From an uncultured Methanoregulaceae archaeon (GTDB lineage Archaea > Halobacteriota > Methanomicrobia > Methanomicrobiales > Methanospirillaceae), in contig CAVTTL010000001.1 of the NCBI GenBank assembly GCA_963737635.1, forward strand, positions 736,001 to 800,000: a stretch of 64,000 nucleotides of DNA, read 5' to 3'. Positions 52,147 through 63,297 of the stretch are shown one piece after another. How positions within the stretch are numbered: position 1 is the first letter of the stretch; each line of letters begins with the position of its first letter. The translations under genes and the position numbers were made by a program. The notes under the pieces are model-generated. The model was given only the letters and a program-made list of their open reading frames with translations, made no database searches and was not told the DNA's origin.

Positions 52147-54101
52147 GCCGTCGTCGTATTGATGGCCGGGGCATCGGCAAACACCGACGTCGACCGGATC
52201 GCCATCTTCTTGAGTTTGGATAGGAATCCTTCCATATTCTCCGGAACAAGCGCCTGTTTGAGCACCTCATCGATGGTATCGACCGGGATGATCGTTACGA
52301 GAGGCTTGTACTGCTCCTCGATCAGGACATCATTGAGATTCATCCGGGGGATGAGCACGGTCTTTATCCCGGCCTTTACTGCCGCCTCGATCTTGTAGGT
52401 CACACCGCCGACCGGAAGCACGTCACCCCTAACGGAAAGGGAGCCGGTCATCGCTATATCCTGCCGTACAGGTATTCCCTCGATGGCGCTGATCACGGCG
52501 GTCGCAACGCTGATGGATGCGGAATCACCCTCGACACCCATGTACGTACCAATGAACTGGATATGGATATCGATGTTCTTCACATCCTTGCCTGTGAATT
52601 TTTTCAGGATGGCGCTGACGTTCTTGATGGACTCTTGCGCGATCTCCTTAAGCAGCCCGGTCGCAATAACTTCCCCGCCTTCTTTCCCGATGGCCGGTGT
52701 TACTTCTGCCATTATCGGCAGGACCGATCCGGCGTCACTGCCAGTAACGGCAAGACCGTTCACCCGGCCGATCCGGGTTCCCTCGACCACGGTCATCTCG
52801 TATTCACGGAGGTGCCGGGTGACTTCATCGGAGACCTGGTCTTCGATCGATCGTGCTGTTTTCTTAGCCGTGATGACGTGGGCTGCTGTTGTGAGTGTTG
52901 CTCCTTCCTGCCGGGCAATGTCACCGGCGACCCGGATAAGACCACCCATATCACGGAGTTTTAAAGTCAGGTGTCCCTTGCGGTTTGAGCGCCGGCGGGC
53001 CTCGCGGATAATCTCGTCGATGGCACTCTTGTCGAAATGCGGGATCTTCGCGTCATTTTTGACTTCCTGCGCAATGAACCGGATGTACTTCTGTTGGTTC
53101 TCGGGAGTGTCTTCCATGCTTTCGGCCATGTAGACCTCGTACCCATATCCGCGGATACGGGAGCGCAGCGCCGGGTGCATTCCCTGGATTGCATCAAGGT
53201 TTCCTGCGGCGATCATAACAAATCTGCAGGGAACCGGTTCGGTCCTCACCATAGCGCCACTGGATCGTTCGCTCTGGCCGGTAATGGGAAACTCTCCTTC
53301 CTGAAGTGCGGTCAACAGGTTTTGCTGGGAGTGCGGATCCAGAGTATTTATCTCGTCGATAAAGAGCACCCCACCGTTTGACCGGTGAATGGCACCCGCC
53401 TCTACCCGGTCATGCGCCGGGGTTTCGAGGCCGCCGCTCTGGAACGGATCGTGCCTGACATCCCCTAAAAGGGCACCGGCATGGGTACCGGTACCGTCGA
53501 TGAACGGTGCATTACTCTTCACATCATTTGAGACCAGCAGCTTCGGTACCATTGCTTCCTCGCGGGGCATCGTATACCGGAGCGCCATGAAGACAAACGC
53601 TGCTGCAATAATCCCCATAAGCCACTGGTACGTGATAAACGCATAGCCGATGATGCCGATAACGAGGATCAGGAGAAGGGTGTTCCTGAACTGGATCTTT
53701 TTCTTTGCCTCGATCTTATGGGCAGCGACAATCTGCTTGCCCCGTCCGGCGGCTACTGTCCGTATAATAGGATTATTGGGATCATCGGAGTTCGGGTAGA
53801 CAAGGATATCCTGGAGTTCCTCTTTTGGCAGGAGTTCGGCCATCGCTTTTGCAAGCATTGATTTGCCGGTTCCCGGGCTCCCGATCATCATGACATGCCG
53901 GCGCTGGGTTGCGGCTTTCCGGATTACTTCAACCGCACGCTCCTGGCCGATAACCTGATCAATCAGCTTTGGCGGGACCTGAATCAGGGAGGACGCCCCT
54001 TCGATATTTTGTGCTACCGGCTCCGCAGATTCGGGCTCATGCAGCGGAGCTTGAGGGAGTTCGGTTTCCTGCATCGGTTCTTCTGGTTTTGCATTTTCCA
54101 T
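52143..54101 (-). CDS. lonB: Archaeal membrane-bound ATP-dependent protease LonB
   Basis: [10 protein letters not shown] insertion, [20 protein letters not shown]. Confidence 0.96.
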   Translation of the reverse strand: MENAKPEEPMQETELPQAPLHEPESAEPVAQNIEGASSLIQVPPKLIDQVIGQERAVEVIRKAATQRRHVMMIGSPGTGKSMLAKAMAELLPKEELQDILVYPNSDDPNNPIIRTVAAGRGKQIVAAHKIEAKKKIQFRNTLLLILVIGIIGYAFITYQWLMGIIAAAFVFMALRYTMPREEAMVPKLLVSNDVKSNAPFIDGTGTHAGALLGDVRHDPFQSGGLETPAHDRVEAGAIHRSNGGVLFIDEINTLDPHSQQNLLTALQEGEFPITGQSERSSGAMVRTEPVPCRFVMIAAGNLDAIQGMHPALRSRIRGYGYEVYMAESMEDTPENQQKYIRFIAQEVKNDAKIPHFDKSAIDEIIREARRRSNRKGHLTLKLRDMGGLIRVAGDIARQEGATLTTAAHVITAKKTARSIEDQVSDEVTRHLREYEMTVVEGTRIGRVNGLAVTGSDAGSVLPIMAEVTPAIGKEGGEVIATGLLKEIAQESIKNVSAILKKFTGKDVKNIDIHIQFIGTYMGVEGDSASISVATAVISAIEGIPVRQDIAMTGSLSVRGDVLPVGGVTYKIEAAVKAGIKTVLIPRMNLNDVLIEEQYKPLVTIIPVDTIDEVLKQALVPENMEGFLSKLKKMAIRSTSVFADAPAINTTTA

Positions 54102-54293
54102 TGGAGATTTTACCTCTTTTACCCTTCAGTGTGCATATACTTTGACGCATGATAGTTTAAGTACTTTCAGCAGTATGCAATGATCCTGATTTTGCCTCCG
54201 AAAAGACCCATGCAAAAATAATACTACCGCAGGATGCAATAGTAAGGCAGGGAAAGGGAGTCCCACATTATCCCGGGGAACAGGTTCGTTAAC

Positions 54294-55139
54294 ATGAAAG
54301 TGATTAGCACAGAAAAATCCCAGATTCTTGCCGCCCGTATCGCCACCGCGTTGAACACGGCTCTAGTCGATGTGAAATTTTCGCGGTTTCCTGACGGCGA
54401 ACTGTACCTTGCCGGCGGTAAACTTGACGCCGAGACCGTCATTGTCGGGAGCATCACTGACAGCGACGCGCTCGTCCAGCTGCTCCTCCTGATCGACGCG
54501 TGCGAGGGTTCACAAAACCACCTTGTACTTCCATATATGGGATATGCCCGCCAAGACAAACGATTCCGGGATGGGGAACCGATCAGCGCCCGGGCCATAG
54601 CCGGGATTTTCGGGAAAGGGATAACAGACTGCATTACGGTCAATATCCATGAGCCGGCAGTGCTTGGCTATTTCAACGTACCTGCCACCAATATTTCGCT
54701 TGCCAAAGACATAGGAACATGTATCAGATCCATGGACCTGTCTGATCCCTTGGTGCTCGCACCCGATGACGGGGCACTTGCTTTTGCACAAAGTGTCGCT
54801 TCCGTGGGAGGATGGGACTGCGACCACCTCGAAAAAACCCGGCTCTCGGGTATCGAAGTGAGGATGGCACCAAAGAAACTTTGTGCTGCCTCGCGTCCCG
54901 TGGTTATCGTTGATGATATTATCTCAACCGGGGTGACCATAGCTACGGCGACGAATATGCTTTACCAGCAGGGAGCAACTGATGTCTACGCGGCATGTGT
55001 CCATGGAGTGCTGATCGGTGGTGCCTATGCTCACCTGAAGGCGGGTGGGATCCGGGATGTATTCTGCAGTGATACCATTGAACGCGGATGCAGCCGGCTT
55101 TCTGCGGCAGAGAGTATAGCTGCTGCCTTGAGGGGTTGA
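54294..55139 (+). CDS. prs: Ribose-phosphate pyrophosphokinase
   Basis: RFPDGE, PYMGYARQDK, APDDGA, IVDDIISTG, CVHG. Confidence 0.94.
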   Translation: MKVISTEKSQILAARIATALNTALVDVKFSRFPDGELYLAGGKLDAETVIVGSITDSDALVQLLLLIDACEGSQNHLVLPYMGYARQDKRFRDGEPISARAIAGIFGKGITDCITVNIHEPAVLGYFNVPATNISLAKDIGTCIRSMDLSDPLVLAPDDGALAFAQSVASVGGWDCDHLEKTRLSGIEVRMAPKKLCAASRPVVIVDDIISTGVTIATATNMLYQQGATDVYAACVHGVLIGGAYAHLKAGGIRDVFCSDTIERGCSRLSAAESIAAALRG

Positions 55140-55181
55140 CCCACAAATCCGGGCATTTTCCGGCACAGATGCGTACCGATC

Positions 55182-55637
55182 ATGAAATACATTCTCGATG
55201 CAACCGTTTTTTTTGCAGATTACCCGGTGACCGGGGAATGCTACACGACACCGTCCGTAGTTGCCGAGCTCCTCGATATGAAAAGCAAGGTTCGGTATGA
55301 CCTGCTTACCGATGCCGGGCTCCAGGTGTGTTTGCCGGACGTTAATGAACGTGCCCGGGTCCGGGCTGCCGCAGAGAAATCCGGAGATCTTCCGGTTCTC
55401 TCCGGAACCGATTGTGACATCCTTGCCCTTGCCGGAGAACTGGGGGCGACCATCCTCACAGATGACTTTGCGATCCAGAACGTGGCCCTTGGCATTGGAA
55501 TTCCCGTTCAGTCGCTCCAACAGCGGCCGGCAAAAAAGATCCGCTGGAAATTCCGGTGCAGCGGCTGCGGCCGCTACTTCAAGAGCGACGGAGAATGCCC
55601 GGTCTGCGGCTCAACTATTAAAAGAAAACTTAAATAG
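55182..55637 (+). CDS. nob1: Nob1 family PIN endonuclease with zinc ribbon
   Basis: [24 protein letters not shown]...CPVCG. Confidence 0.9.
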   Translation: MKYILDATVFFADYPVTGECYTTPSVVAELLDMKSKVRYDLLTDAGLQVCLPDVNERARVRAAAEKSGDLPVLSGTDCDILALAGELGATILTDDFAIQNVALGIGIPVQSLQQRPAKKIRWKFRCSGCGRYFKSDGECPVCGSTIKRKLK

Positions 55638-55657
55638 ATTACCACAAATCTTTTTGC

Positions 55658-56263
55658 ATGTCATCCCTTGACGATCTGATAGCCCGGGCAAAACTCCTTT
55701 TATCCGAGGGCCACAGCCCCGGCCAGATTGCAGACGAGCTCTCACTCTCGATGGAAACAGTAACCTGGCTCCTGACCCAGGCAAATGGCGGGGCGGCAGC
55801 GCCAAAGGACGTCCATATCGATTGGACGGCGGTAAGCAGCCAGGCTCCGCTGCTCGACGGGATCGCCCTGATGCTTATGAACCGATATTACGGCGGGCAG
55901 AAGGACCCGGTGCTAGCATCCGCGAATGTTATCGTGGGAATTGCCCTTTCCGGTATCCCTCTTGCCACGGTCATCTCGGTTCAGGAAGCAGCACAGCTTG
56001 CTATCTACCATCCTTCAAAACAGAACACAAGCGATCACCCGGTCGGGTCGATTAGCGGGAACTTCGCTCCTGTTGCAAAGGAGCGCTGTATCATTGTTGA
56101 TGACGTAATCACTTCTGGGAACACCATGCGGGAGGTCGTCAAGTACCTTAAGAAACACGGTGCAGTACCGGTTGCAATCTGGGTCATTTTCGATAAGCGC
56201 GGCATCAGGGATATCGATGGTGTGCCGGTCTATTCACTCTTCAAAATATCCCGCATTGACTGA
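55658..56263 (+). CDS. gfcR: HTH + PRTase protein (orotate phosphoribosyltransferase-like regulator, GfcR family)
   Basis: [33 protein letters not shown]. Confidence 0.82.
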   Translation: MSSLDDLIARAKLLLSEGHSPGQIADELSLSMETVTWLLTQANGGAAAPKDVHIDWTAVSSQAPLLDGIALMLMNRYYGGQKDPVLASANVIVGIALSGIPLATVISVQEAAQLAIYHPSKQNTSDHPVGSISGNFAPVAKERCIIVDDVITSGNTMREVVKYLKKHGAVPVAIWVIFDKRGIRDIDGVPVYSLFKISRID

Positions 56264-56344
56264 CTATTTATTTTCTGGAGAACCCTTTGAGAATAATATA
56301 TATAGAAGTTCAATTCCACCTTTTACAGCATTAGAGGATCACCT

Positions 56345-57940
56345 ATGTTATCTGGTCAACCTATCATCATCCTAAGAGATAATGTGGAACGCAACACCGG
56401 CAAGGAGGCGCAGCGTTCAAATATTATGGCTGCAAAAGCGATCGCCGGTGCGGTCCGGACAACGCTTGGCCCCCGGGGCATGGATAAGATGCTCGTCGGT
56501 TCTACCGGCGACATTGTCATCACCAACGACGGGGCGACAATATTGCAGGAGATCTCAGTTCAGCACCCCGGTGCGAAGATGGTCATCGAAGTAGCAAAGA
56601 CGCAGGATGACGAAGTCGGGGACGGAACTACCACAGCCGTGGTCATTGCCGGCTCGCTGATGGAGCAGGCAGAGACCTTGTTGGAACAGGGTATCCACCC
56701 GACAGTGATCGCGCAGGGTTACCGCCTGGGCATGCAAAAGGCGCTCGAGATCACCGACTCGCTCTCCTTAAAGGTAGATCCCAAGGACAGAAAGACACTG
56801 GTCAAGATTGCTGATACCGCTATTACCGGCAAGTCAATCGAGTCGGTCAAGGGAAAACTTGATGGGATTATCGTAGATGCCGTAATGGGCATCGCAGAGA
56901 AGGTCAACGGCAAGTACCTTGCCGATGAAGACGACGTAATGATCAAGAAACAGAAGGGCAGGGCAATGGATGACGCCGAGCTCGTCCGCGGTGTTATCCT
57001 CGACAAAAAGCGAATAAGCGAAGATATGCCAAAGAAGGTTACGGGAGCCAAGGTGGCACTTATTGCAACGCCCATGGAGATTACGAAGACCCAAGTAAAG
57101 GCGAAGATCAAGATCACGACTGCAGACCAGATTGCCGCCTTCTCTGAGCAGGAACGGGCGACTCTAAAGAGACTCGCCGACGCCATCGTAGATGCCGGCG
57201 CAAACGTCGTATTGTGTCAGAAGGGCATCGCCGACCCGGTCCAGTTCTTCCTTGCCAAGAACGGCATATATGCCGTTGAGGATGTCCCGGAAAAGGACCT
57301 CAAGTACGCCGCCCGGGCGCTGAATGCAAATATCGTCAACAAGCCCGAGGATCTGAACGCAAAGGATCTCGGCCATGCAGAGGTTGTCGAAGAGGACAAC
57401 GATACCGACATCACCCGGATCTCCGGCTGCAAGAATCCCAAGACGATCACTATCCTCCTCCGCGGCACAAGTGACTATCTGCTCGACGAGCTCGAGCGTG
57501 CAGTGGTCGACGGCACCCGCGTGGTCATGGACGCAATTGAGGATGGCACCTACGTCGTCGGTGGCGGCGCAGTCGAGACCGAGCTCCTGATGAAGATCAG
57601 GGATTACGCCGAAAGCGTTGGCGGCCGGGTGCAGCTGGCAATAGAGGGATATGCGAAGGCTTTTGAGACCATCCCCCGTACCCTTGCAGAAAATTCCGGG
57701 TACAACCCTATAGATAAGCTCGTAGCGCTCAAGAATGCCCATGCAAAGGGCAAAAAGAACGCCGGTCTCAATGTCTACAATGGCGAGATCATTGATATGT
57801 TTGAAGAGGGCGTTCTTGAACCACTCAGATCAAAGCGCCAATCGATCGAGAGTGCATCCGAGACTGCCATTATGTTAATCCGTGTCGACGACATGATGAT
57901 CACGCAGTCCAAGGCCCCAACTGCCCCACCCATGGGGTAA
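56345..57940 (+). CDS. Thermosome (group II chaperonin) subunit
   Basis: [30 protein letters not shown]. Confidence 0.96.
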   Translation: MLSGQPIIILRDNVERNTGKEAQRSNIMAAKAIAGAVRTTLGPRGMDKMLVGSTGDIVITNDGATILQEISVQHPGAKMVIEVAKTQDDEVGDGTTTAVVIAGSLMEQAETLLEQGIHPTVIAQGYRLGMQKALEITDSLSLKVDPKDRKTLVKIADTAITGKSIESVKGKLDGIIVDAVMGIAEKVNGKYLADEDDVMIKKQKGRAMDDAELVRGVILDKKRISEDMPKKVTGAKVALIATPMEITKTQVKAKIKITTADQIAAFSEQERATLKRLADAIVDAGANVVLCQKGIADPVQFFLAKNGIYAVEDVPEKDLKYAARALNANIVNKPEDLNAKDLGHAEVVEEDNDTDITRISGCKNPKTITILLRGTSDYLLDELERAVVDGTRVVMDAIEDGTYVVGGGAVETELLMKIRDYAESVGGRVQLAIEGYAKAFETIPRTLAENSGYNPIDKLVALKNAHAKGKKNAGLNVYNGEIIDMFEEGVLEPLRSKRQSIESASETAIMLIRVDDMMITQSKAPTAPPMG

Positions 57941-57959
57941 TCCCGGTCAACTCCCAGCC

Positions 57960-57985
57960 TCTTTTTAGTGGTTTATTTTTCTTCC
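57960..57985 (+). terminator. Oligo-T archaeal terminator after the thermosome gene
   Basis: T-tracts CTTTTTAG...TTTATTTTTTC about 20-40 nt after the stop. Confidence 0.45.
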
Positions 57986-58077
57986 CTTCGGTGTGTTAAA
58001 TTTTCGATGCTGACGCCGGGTGGGACTGGCAGGGATAACTATTAGTGGAATCGCAAAGAAAATGATCTGAACCGGGT

Positions 58078-58162
58078 GCCGAGGTAGTCTAGCCCGGGAA
58101 GGCGGTAGCCTCGAAAGCTACTGGCGCTTCGCGCCTCGGGAGTTCAAATCTCCCCCTCGGCG
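58078..58162 (+). tRNA. tRNA-Ser(CGA)
   Basis: Acceptor GCCGAGG/CCTCGGC, anticodon arm GTAGC-CTCGAAA-GCTAC, long variable arm GGCGC-TTC-GCGCC, TTCAAAT T-loop; CCA not encoded. Confidence 0.95.
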
Positions 58163-58379
58163 TAGTCAAATCATGTCCGTCATCCAGAGAGATGACAACT
58201 TTTCTCATTCATTTCCGAAAAGTAATGAGTACGAACCGGATGTAAAACCGGAAAAGACCATTTTCATTAAAATACGCTTGCATAATCGTATGGGACTGCA
58301 GCCAAGACGTGGACAGGAGGAGAGAATGTATATATATTATTTAGATAAAGTATATATCAAATAGAAAAACTCTATTCCC

Positions 58380-59096
58380 ATGGTTCACACAGTTGCACAC
58401 TGGACGGAGGCGACGCATGTCGACCTTACCGATATCGCGGCACTCCGTATGGGCTTGTCCCGCTCTCACCGGGAAGTGCTCCGCCGCAGTGTCATGGTTC
58501 CTGACAGCTGGGGAATGTTTGACAAAATACGTCACTATATGCCACTCTGCTCTATGTTTGCAGGTGAACTGACACGGGATGCAATCTCTACAGCGCAATC
58601 TCCCGTCCAGGAAGAGATTGGCCTTGAGAAACTCGGCCATGCGATGCACTTCCTGCAGGACGCGGGAAATCCCTGGCATGCGCGTCCTCTCCTCCCAACA
58701 TGCCAGAAAAACCATACCATTTATGAAGAATACGTCGCGGGCAACATGAGAGCGGGATTGTGCTTTCGCCGCGCCCTTATGGATACACCGGACAAATGGC
58801 TTCTTCACTCCCAGTTTACGCAGCGGATCGGCGATGGTGCCGCCTACCTCGCCCGGCAGGCTGTAAAGAAATTTCCCATGCTTGATGCATGCATCCGCAC
58901 TGACCCGGCATGGCAGGAGAACGAAGAGGTCGCCAGAGTAACCCTTGCTCTCCTGACCGCATGTCTGCAGATGTGCGAGACCCAGATCCATTCATTTTCG
59001 ATCCGGGCGGAATCGCAGGTTGTACGCCCGATCCACCTGCCAATCGCGGTGACCTGGACATTCCTTGGATCCGATGAGCGGAGACTAACAACCTGA
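58380..59096 (+). CDS. Zinc-dependent phospholipase C / S1-P1 nuclease family protein
   Basis: N-terminal W.EATH, RH, LGHAMHFLQDAGNPWH, HTIYEE zinc-ligand pattern; no signal peptide. Confidence 0.7.
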   Translation: MVHTVAHWTEATHVDLTDIAALRMGLSRSHREVLRRSVMVPDSWGMFDKIRHYMPLCSMFAGELTRDAISTAQSPVQEEIGLEKLGHAMHFLQDAGNPWHARPLLPTCQKNHTIYEEYVAGNMRAGLCFRRALMDTPDKWLLHSQFTQRIGDGAAYLARQAVKKFPMLDACIRTDPAWQENEEVARVTLALLTACLQMCETQIHSFSIRAESQVVRPIHLPIAVTWTFLGSDERRLTT

Positions 59097-59130
59097 TACA
59101 CAAAACAGACCGGGTTATTGCCACGAGGAG

Positions 59131-60225
59131 TTGAGACAGATGGGATCAGTGTTTGTATCGCCCCTGAACTGGGGGCTGGGCCATGCGTCGCGGGATATGC
59201 CAATCATCCACGAGCTGCACCGTCGCGGGCATGAGGTCACCATCGGCGCGAGCGGAAATGCACTTGCATTCCTGAAAAAAGAATGCCCGCAGTGCAGGTT
59301 TATCGAGTTTGAGGATTATCCTATCCCCCACAACAACGGGCGGATCTTCCTGCCGACGTATACTGCCTATATCCCCATCCTTATTCAAGCCTACCTGTCG
59401 GAGCGTAAAAAAGCAGAAAAAATATTTTCAAAAAACACGTTCGATCTCATCATCAGCGATTCCCGTTCCGGCGTTTTTTCCGAGAGTGTACCTTCGATCC
59501 AGATCACCCACCAGCTGCACCAGAGCCTTCCTTTGATTGCGTGGCCGCTCGAACTACTTGGCGTGTACGTGCAGGCCGATGCCTTTTCTAAGTTTGCCAG
59601 AATCATCGTACCCGATAATCCTCCGGACCGGGGGGCACTTGCAGGAAAACTATCCCGGACTTTTGTCCCGGCACTCGACGAACATATTTACCATTGCGGA
59701 ATCCTTGCAAGTGTCCGCAAGGAACCGGTCAAAAAAGACATCGATTATCTGATCGTTATCTCAGGTATGGAACCCCAGCGTACAGTGCTCGAAAAAATTC
59801 TCATGCGGCAGTTATCACATCTCCCCGGCAGGAAAGTAGTCCTGCTTGGAAAACCGGCCGTGGATCAGATCAGCACGCTGGATGATGGGACAGAGATCTA
59901 TTCATTCATCTCCAGCCGGGAAAAATCGTCGCTCATGTCGCGGGCCCGGTTTATCATATGCCGGTCCGGCTATACCACCATGATGGATATCGCCGAAGCA
60001 GGATTGAAACGCGGGCTCTTTATTCCGACTCCGGGCCAGTGGGAGCAGGAATACCTCTCCCGGTATTATGAGGACGAAGGATGGTTTTTCTCCCGGAGCC
60101 AGTATGGGCTCCGGCTTGCCAGGGACATAAAGAAAGCGAGCGGATTCACCGGATTTCCTGAAATGACCACCACAGATGAGAATGTCCGGCGGCTGTACCG
60201 GAACGTGTTATCAGAATATCTCTGA
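59131..60225 (+). CDS. GT-B glycosyltransferase (GT28/MurG-like C-terminal domain)
   Basis: LNWGLGHASR, LIISD, IICRSGYTTMMD, IPTPGQWEQ. Confidence 0.85.
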   Translation: MRQMGSVFVSPLNWGLGHASRDMPIIHELHRRGHEVTIGASGNALAFLKKECPQCRFIEFEDYPIPHNNGRIFLPTYTAYIPILIQAYLSERKKAEKIFSKNTFDLIISDSRSGVFSESVPSIQITHQLHQSLPLIAWPLELLGVYVQADAFSKFARIIVPDNPPDRGALAGKLSRTFVPALDEHIYHCGILASVRKEPVKKDIDYLIVISGMEPQRTVLEKILMRQLSHLPGRKVVLLGKPAVDQISTLDDGTEIYSFISSREKSSLMSRARFIICRSGYTTMMDIAEAGLKRGLFIPTPGQWEQEYLSRYYEDEGWFFSRSQYGLRLARDIKKASGFTGFPEMTTTDENVRRLYRNVLSEYL

Positions 60226-60246
60226 AACCAGAGAGGAGAGACTACT

Positions 60247-60540
60247 ATGCAAAAAAGCCGAGGCGAAAACAATCATAAGGATCTGTCCGGGGGAGAGCCG
60301 GTGGCACTGGTCTCCCAAACGATCGATAAACTTGCTCTCACTTGGAGCATCGGCATTGGTATCGGTTACGCATTCCTGATCTTCTTCGTCTTCTGGATTG
60401 GGTATCGGTGTTTCCTCATCTACGGTGCCTACCAGGCAGGCGATTACACCTTCATCGCATCAGAACTGAAAACCGATCTTCTGATCAGCGCCGGTTATTT
60501 TGGTATCGCCATCCTCCTCCGGAAAATGGGCTCCATCTGA
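60247..60540 (+). CDS. Small membrane protein
   Basis: GAGGAG RBS; two hydrophobic segments. Confidence 0.62.
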   Translation: MQKSRGENNHKDLSGGEPVALVSQTIDKLALTWSIGIGIGYAFLIFFVFWIGYRCFLIYGAYQAGDYTFIASELKTDLLISAGYFGIAILLRKMGSI

Positions 60541-60672
60541 GATGCCCGGGGGGGCAATGTTTCAGGCAATCTCGTTTCCTCCTGTTTTTAATATATATTT
60601 TACCATTAGAACTATATAGTTTTGAGCTGATATACTGATAGGAATGGTACAACCCTTCCAGGAGTAATCTTC

Positions 60673-60972
60673 ATGTTCAGTTCGTCGAGGATCCACCAAG
60701 AGCAGATAAGGAACGTTGCTCAGAGCCTGAAAGCACCCTACCTGATGCGCAAGGCAGATTCCTGTGTTTCCGGCACTACCACAACCAGTACACAGAGAAA
60801 ACGACCGGAACCAGGTAGCACTGTCACGATCCAGTGCCAGAGATCCCCGGGGCTGCCGCCATCCCCCGCCATGCGGTGCCCCCGGTGCAGTGCCCGCGTG
60901 CCGGAGATGGATTTTCTGTATACGCAAAAGACGGGCCTCTGCATTCCCTGCTGGGAAAAGCAGGAGGTATAA
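60673..60972 (+). CDS. Small protein with C-terminal zinc finger
   Basis: CPRC...GLCIPCWE; start uncertain. Confidence 0.55.
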   Translation: MFSSSRIHQEQIRNVAQSLKAPYLMRKADSCVSGTTTTSTQRKRPEPGSTVTIQCQRSPGLPPSPAMRCPRCSARVPEMDFLYTQKTGLCIPCWEKQEV

Positions 60973-60973
60973 C

Positions 60974-61150
60974 ATGTCAATGAAAAAAAGAAAGACAGAA
61001 AAAATCCTGACTCCAAAATCTGAAAAATCCCCTGTCCCTTCAGCGCGTCAACGATCCCGTTCCCGTCCTGAAAGCCTCGGCAGGTCAGTAGGGGCCCTGC
61101 TGGTGAAGGTAAAAACATATTTTGCACCGGCAAAAACGGCAGAAGCCTAA
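60974..61150 (+). CDS. Small basic protein (58 aa)
   Basis: GGAGGT RBS then MSMKKRKTEK... Confidence 0.5.
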   Translation: MSMKKRKTEKILTPKSEKSPVPSARQRSRSRPESLGRSVGALLVKVKTYFAPAKTAEA

Positions 61151-61223
61151 AAAAGAGTTCCGGCCCAGAGGATCGGTAAAAATTGAACAAACATTTTTGG
61201 CAGGTCCTTGATCGGGAGGGATC

Positions 61224-62258
61224 TTATTTTCCCGCCGGCCTGCGTCGCAGTGACTGGTCTTCTTCGACGATATAATTGATCACGTTCTCGGCGATATCGG
61301 CGGCGTATTCTCCCGCCCTGCGGATACTCTCGGCAATATAGCTGACCGAGATCGCCGTGACCGTCTCCTGTTTAAAGGCCATATTACTGATATCGCCGCA
61401 GATATGTTCCAAGGCCGCGACCGACTCGATAGTCTTGTGGGCCTCCCGGATATCGGCATTGAAAAACGATATGATACTCTTGTCAAAGATCTGCATGGAT
61501 AGGACACTTGCTTTCTTGAGCGCGTCCACGATCTTTGGGTCGAGATCGGCATCCAGGACCGGCCGGGCATTCTCGGCGATCCGGACGGCATGGTCGCCGA
61601 TTCGTTCGATGATCCTGCCGATCAGGTGATAATACATGGCCATGCCCACCGATACCTCCATCTTCCGGGAGAGAGACGGGTTCTGCATGATCATATTGGT
61701 CTGGCGGGCGATCAGCCAGTTGAGCCGGTCCGAGTCCATATCACGGTTGATCACGTCTGTGGCAAGGGTATGGTTGTGTTTCTCAAGCGCTGCGATCGCA
61801 TCTTCGTGCATGTTCCTCACGATCACAAACATACGCTTGATGGTGTTGTCAAACGGCATCTCGGACGGGTTGAGGAGGTCTTTTATCATGATGAGCGTGT
61901 CGGTCTCTTCGACAACTTCCTGGCCGATAGTCATCTGCGTGAAATCCCGGACGACCGTTCGGACAAACGGCGGAAACCGCTGTTTCGAACTGATCCGGAT
62001 CGTCGTGAAACCCGTGATGTAGGTCCCGATCAGGATCCGGAAGAGAAACGACGGATCGGTGATGTGACCGATGTCGATCTCTTTGACACGCTGGACCGGT
62101 TCCTCCGTGGTTTTCTTCGTGACCAGGAGTGTTCCGTCAGCCTGCGTGATCAGGCCCACCGGATCGTTCTTCTTGATGCGCATCTCCTGGACCCAGTCCT
62201 TGGGTAGCGTTACTACAAATGATGACCCCCCCGTCATCTGTACACGGCGTAATTCCAT
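61224..62258 (-). CDS. phoU: Phosphate uptake regulator PhoU with N-terminal AbrB DNA-binding domain
   Basis: RRVQMTGGSSFVVTLPKDW; IERIGDHA and IRRAGEY PhoU repeats. Confidence 0.92.
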   Translation of the reverse strand: MELRRVQMTGGSSFVVTLPKDWVQEMRIKKNDPVGLITQADGTLLVTKKTTEEPVQRVKEIDIGHITDPSFLFRILIGTYITGFTTIRISSKQRFPPFVRTVVRDFTQMTIGQEVVEETDTLIMIKDLLNPSEMPFDNTIKRMFVIVRNMHEDAIAALEKHNHTLATDVINRDMDSDRLNWLIARQTNMIMQNPSLSRKMEVSVGMAMYYHLIGRIIERIGDHAVRIAENARPVLDADLDPKIVDALKKASVLSMQIFDKSIISFFNADIREAHKTIESVAALEHICGDISNMAFKQETVTAISVSYIAESIRRAGEYAADIAENVINYIVEEDQSLRRRPAGK

Positions 62259-62422
62259 CTCTGTTTCCCTCCTGATGAATAGAGCAATATGATGAATATG
62301 CTTATCTCTATTTTTTCTCTTCTAGCATATATACCTGTATATTCTATGGCGAAAAACTGTATGTAATCATCGGTTAATATTTGCCTTGAAATCAAAAGCG
62401 GTGAACAGGTGGAGGGGCAGAT

Positions 62423-62927
62423 GTGAAAAACAAAACAGTGATATTTGTCTGCTCGTTTAATTCGGTCAGATCCCCCATCGCAGAAGGGCTTCTCCACCAC
62501 CGGGAAGATGGACCACAGTACACGGTTTGTTCTGCCGGTATAGCACCGATACGGGTACGCCCCTGCGCCGTCACGGTCATGCAGGAGATGAAGATAGATA
62601 TTTCAGGCCATATTCCTGCGTCACTGTACCAGTACCCGGAATACTCATTTTGATTACGTAGTCACGCTCTGCGATAATGTCCGGACAACTGCTCAGGACG
62701 TATTGCAGGGAGGGGACAGGTTTTTTCACCGGAACTTTGTTACCCCCCAGGAGATCGGAAAGACTCACGAAGAAATCCTCCCGGAATACCGGAAACTGCG
62801 GGATGAGATTGGGGTATGGCTCTCCGAGATTTTCCCGATAGAAACCCCGAACCAGGACAATAGTAATGGCGGAAAAATCCCGGATCGCACCATGATCCCG
62901 CTCGCAGTCGGGTTGGGAACATTGTAA
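62423..62927 (+). CDS. LMW-PTP/arsenate reductase-like protein, split by a 1-nt insertion near 62636
   Basis: CSFNSVRS P-loop, SAG, FDYVVTLCD, YRKLRDEI. Confidence 0.78.
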
Positions 62928-62966
62928 AAGGCGAACAGGAAAAACAAGGATGAAAAGAGCGCGTTT

Positions 62967-63197
62967 ATGACCTATACATCATCATCGAATATGCTCAACC
63001 TCGATGGTCCGCTCATCCAGATATTCCTTGGATTCCTGCTTGCCATCATCGGGTGCGTAGTCATGATCAGCGCACCGGAATACGCAGAGGTATCGTATCT
63101 CCTGTTCCTCATTGCCGGCGTTCTGGTTGCCCTCAGCTATGATCTTTCTTGCCGGGGCCTGAAAAAAATGATGGTAAAAATAGAGGTTTTCAAATAA
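62967..63197 (+). CDS. Small membrane protein
   Basis: Two TM segments. Confidence 0.55.
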   Translation: MTYTSSSNMLNLDGPLIQIFLGFLLAIIGCVVMISAPEYAEVSYLLFLIAGVLVALSYDLSCRGLKKMMVKIEVFK

Positions 63198-63297
63198 ATA
63201 TATACCTTCAAATGATGACTATGTAGATAGTGCCAGAGGTGCAGCTGGCCGACCTGACCGGCGCACATCCTCAAAAAACACTATCCGTGAGGAAAGC

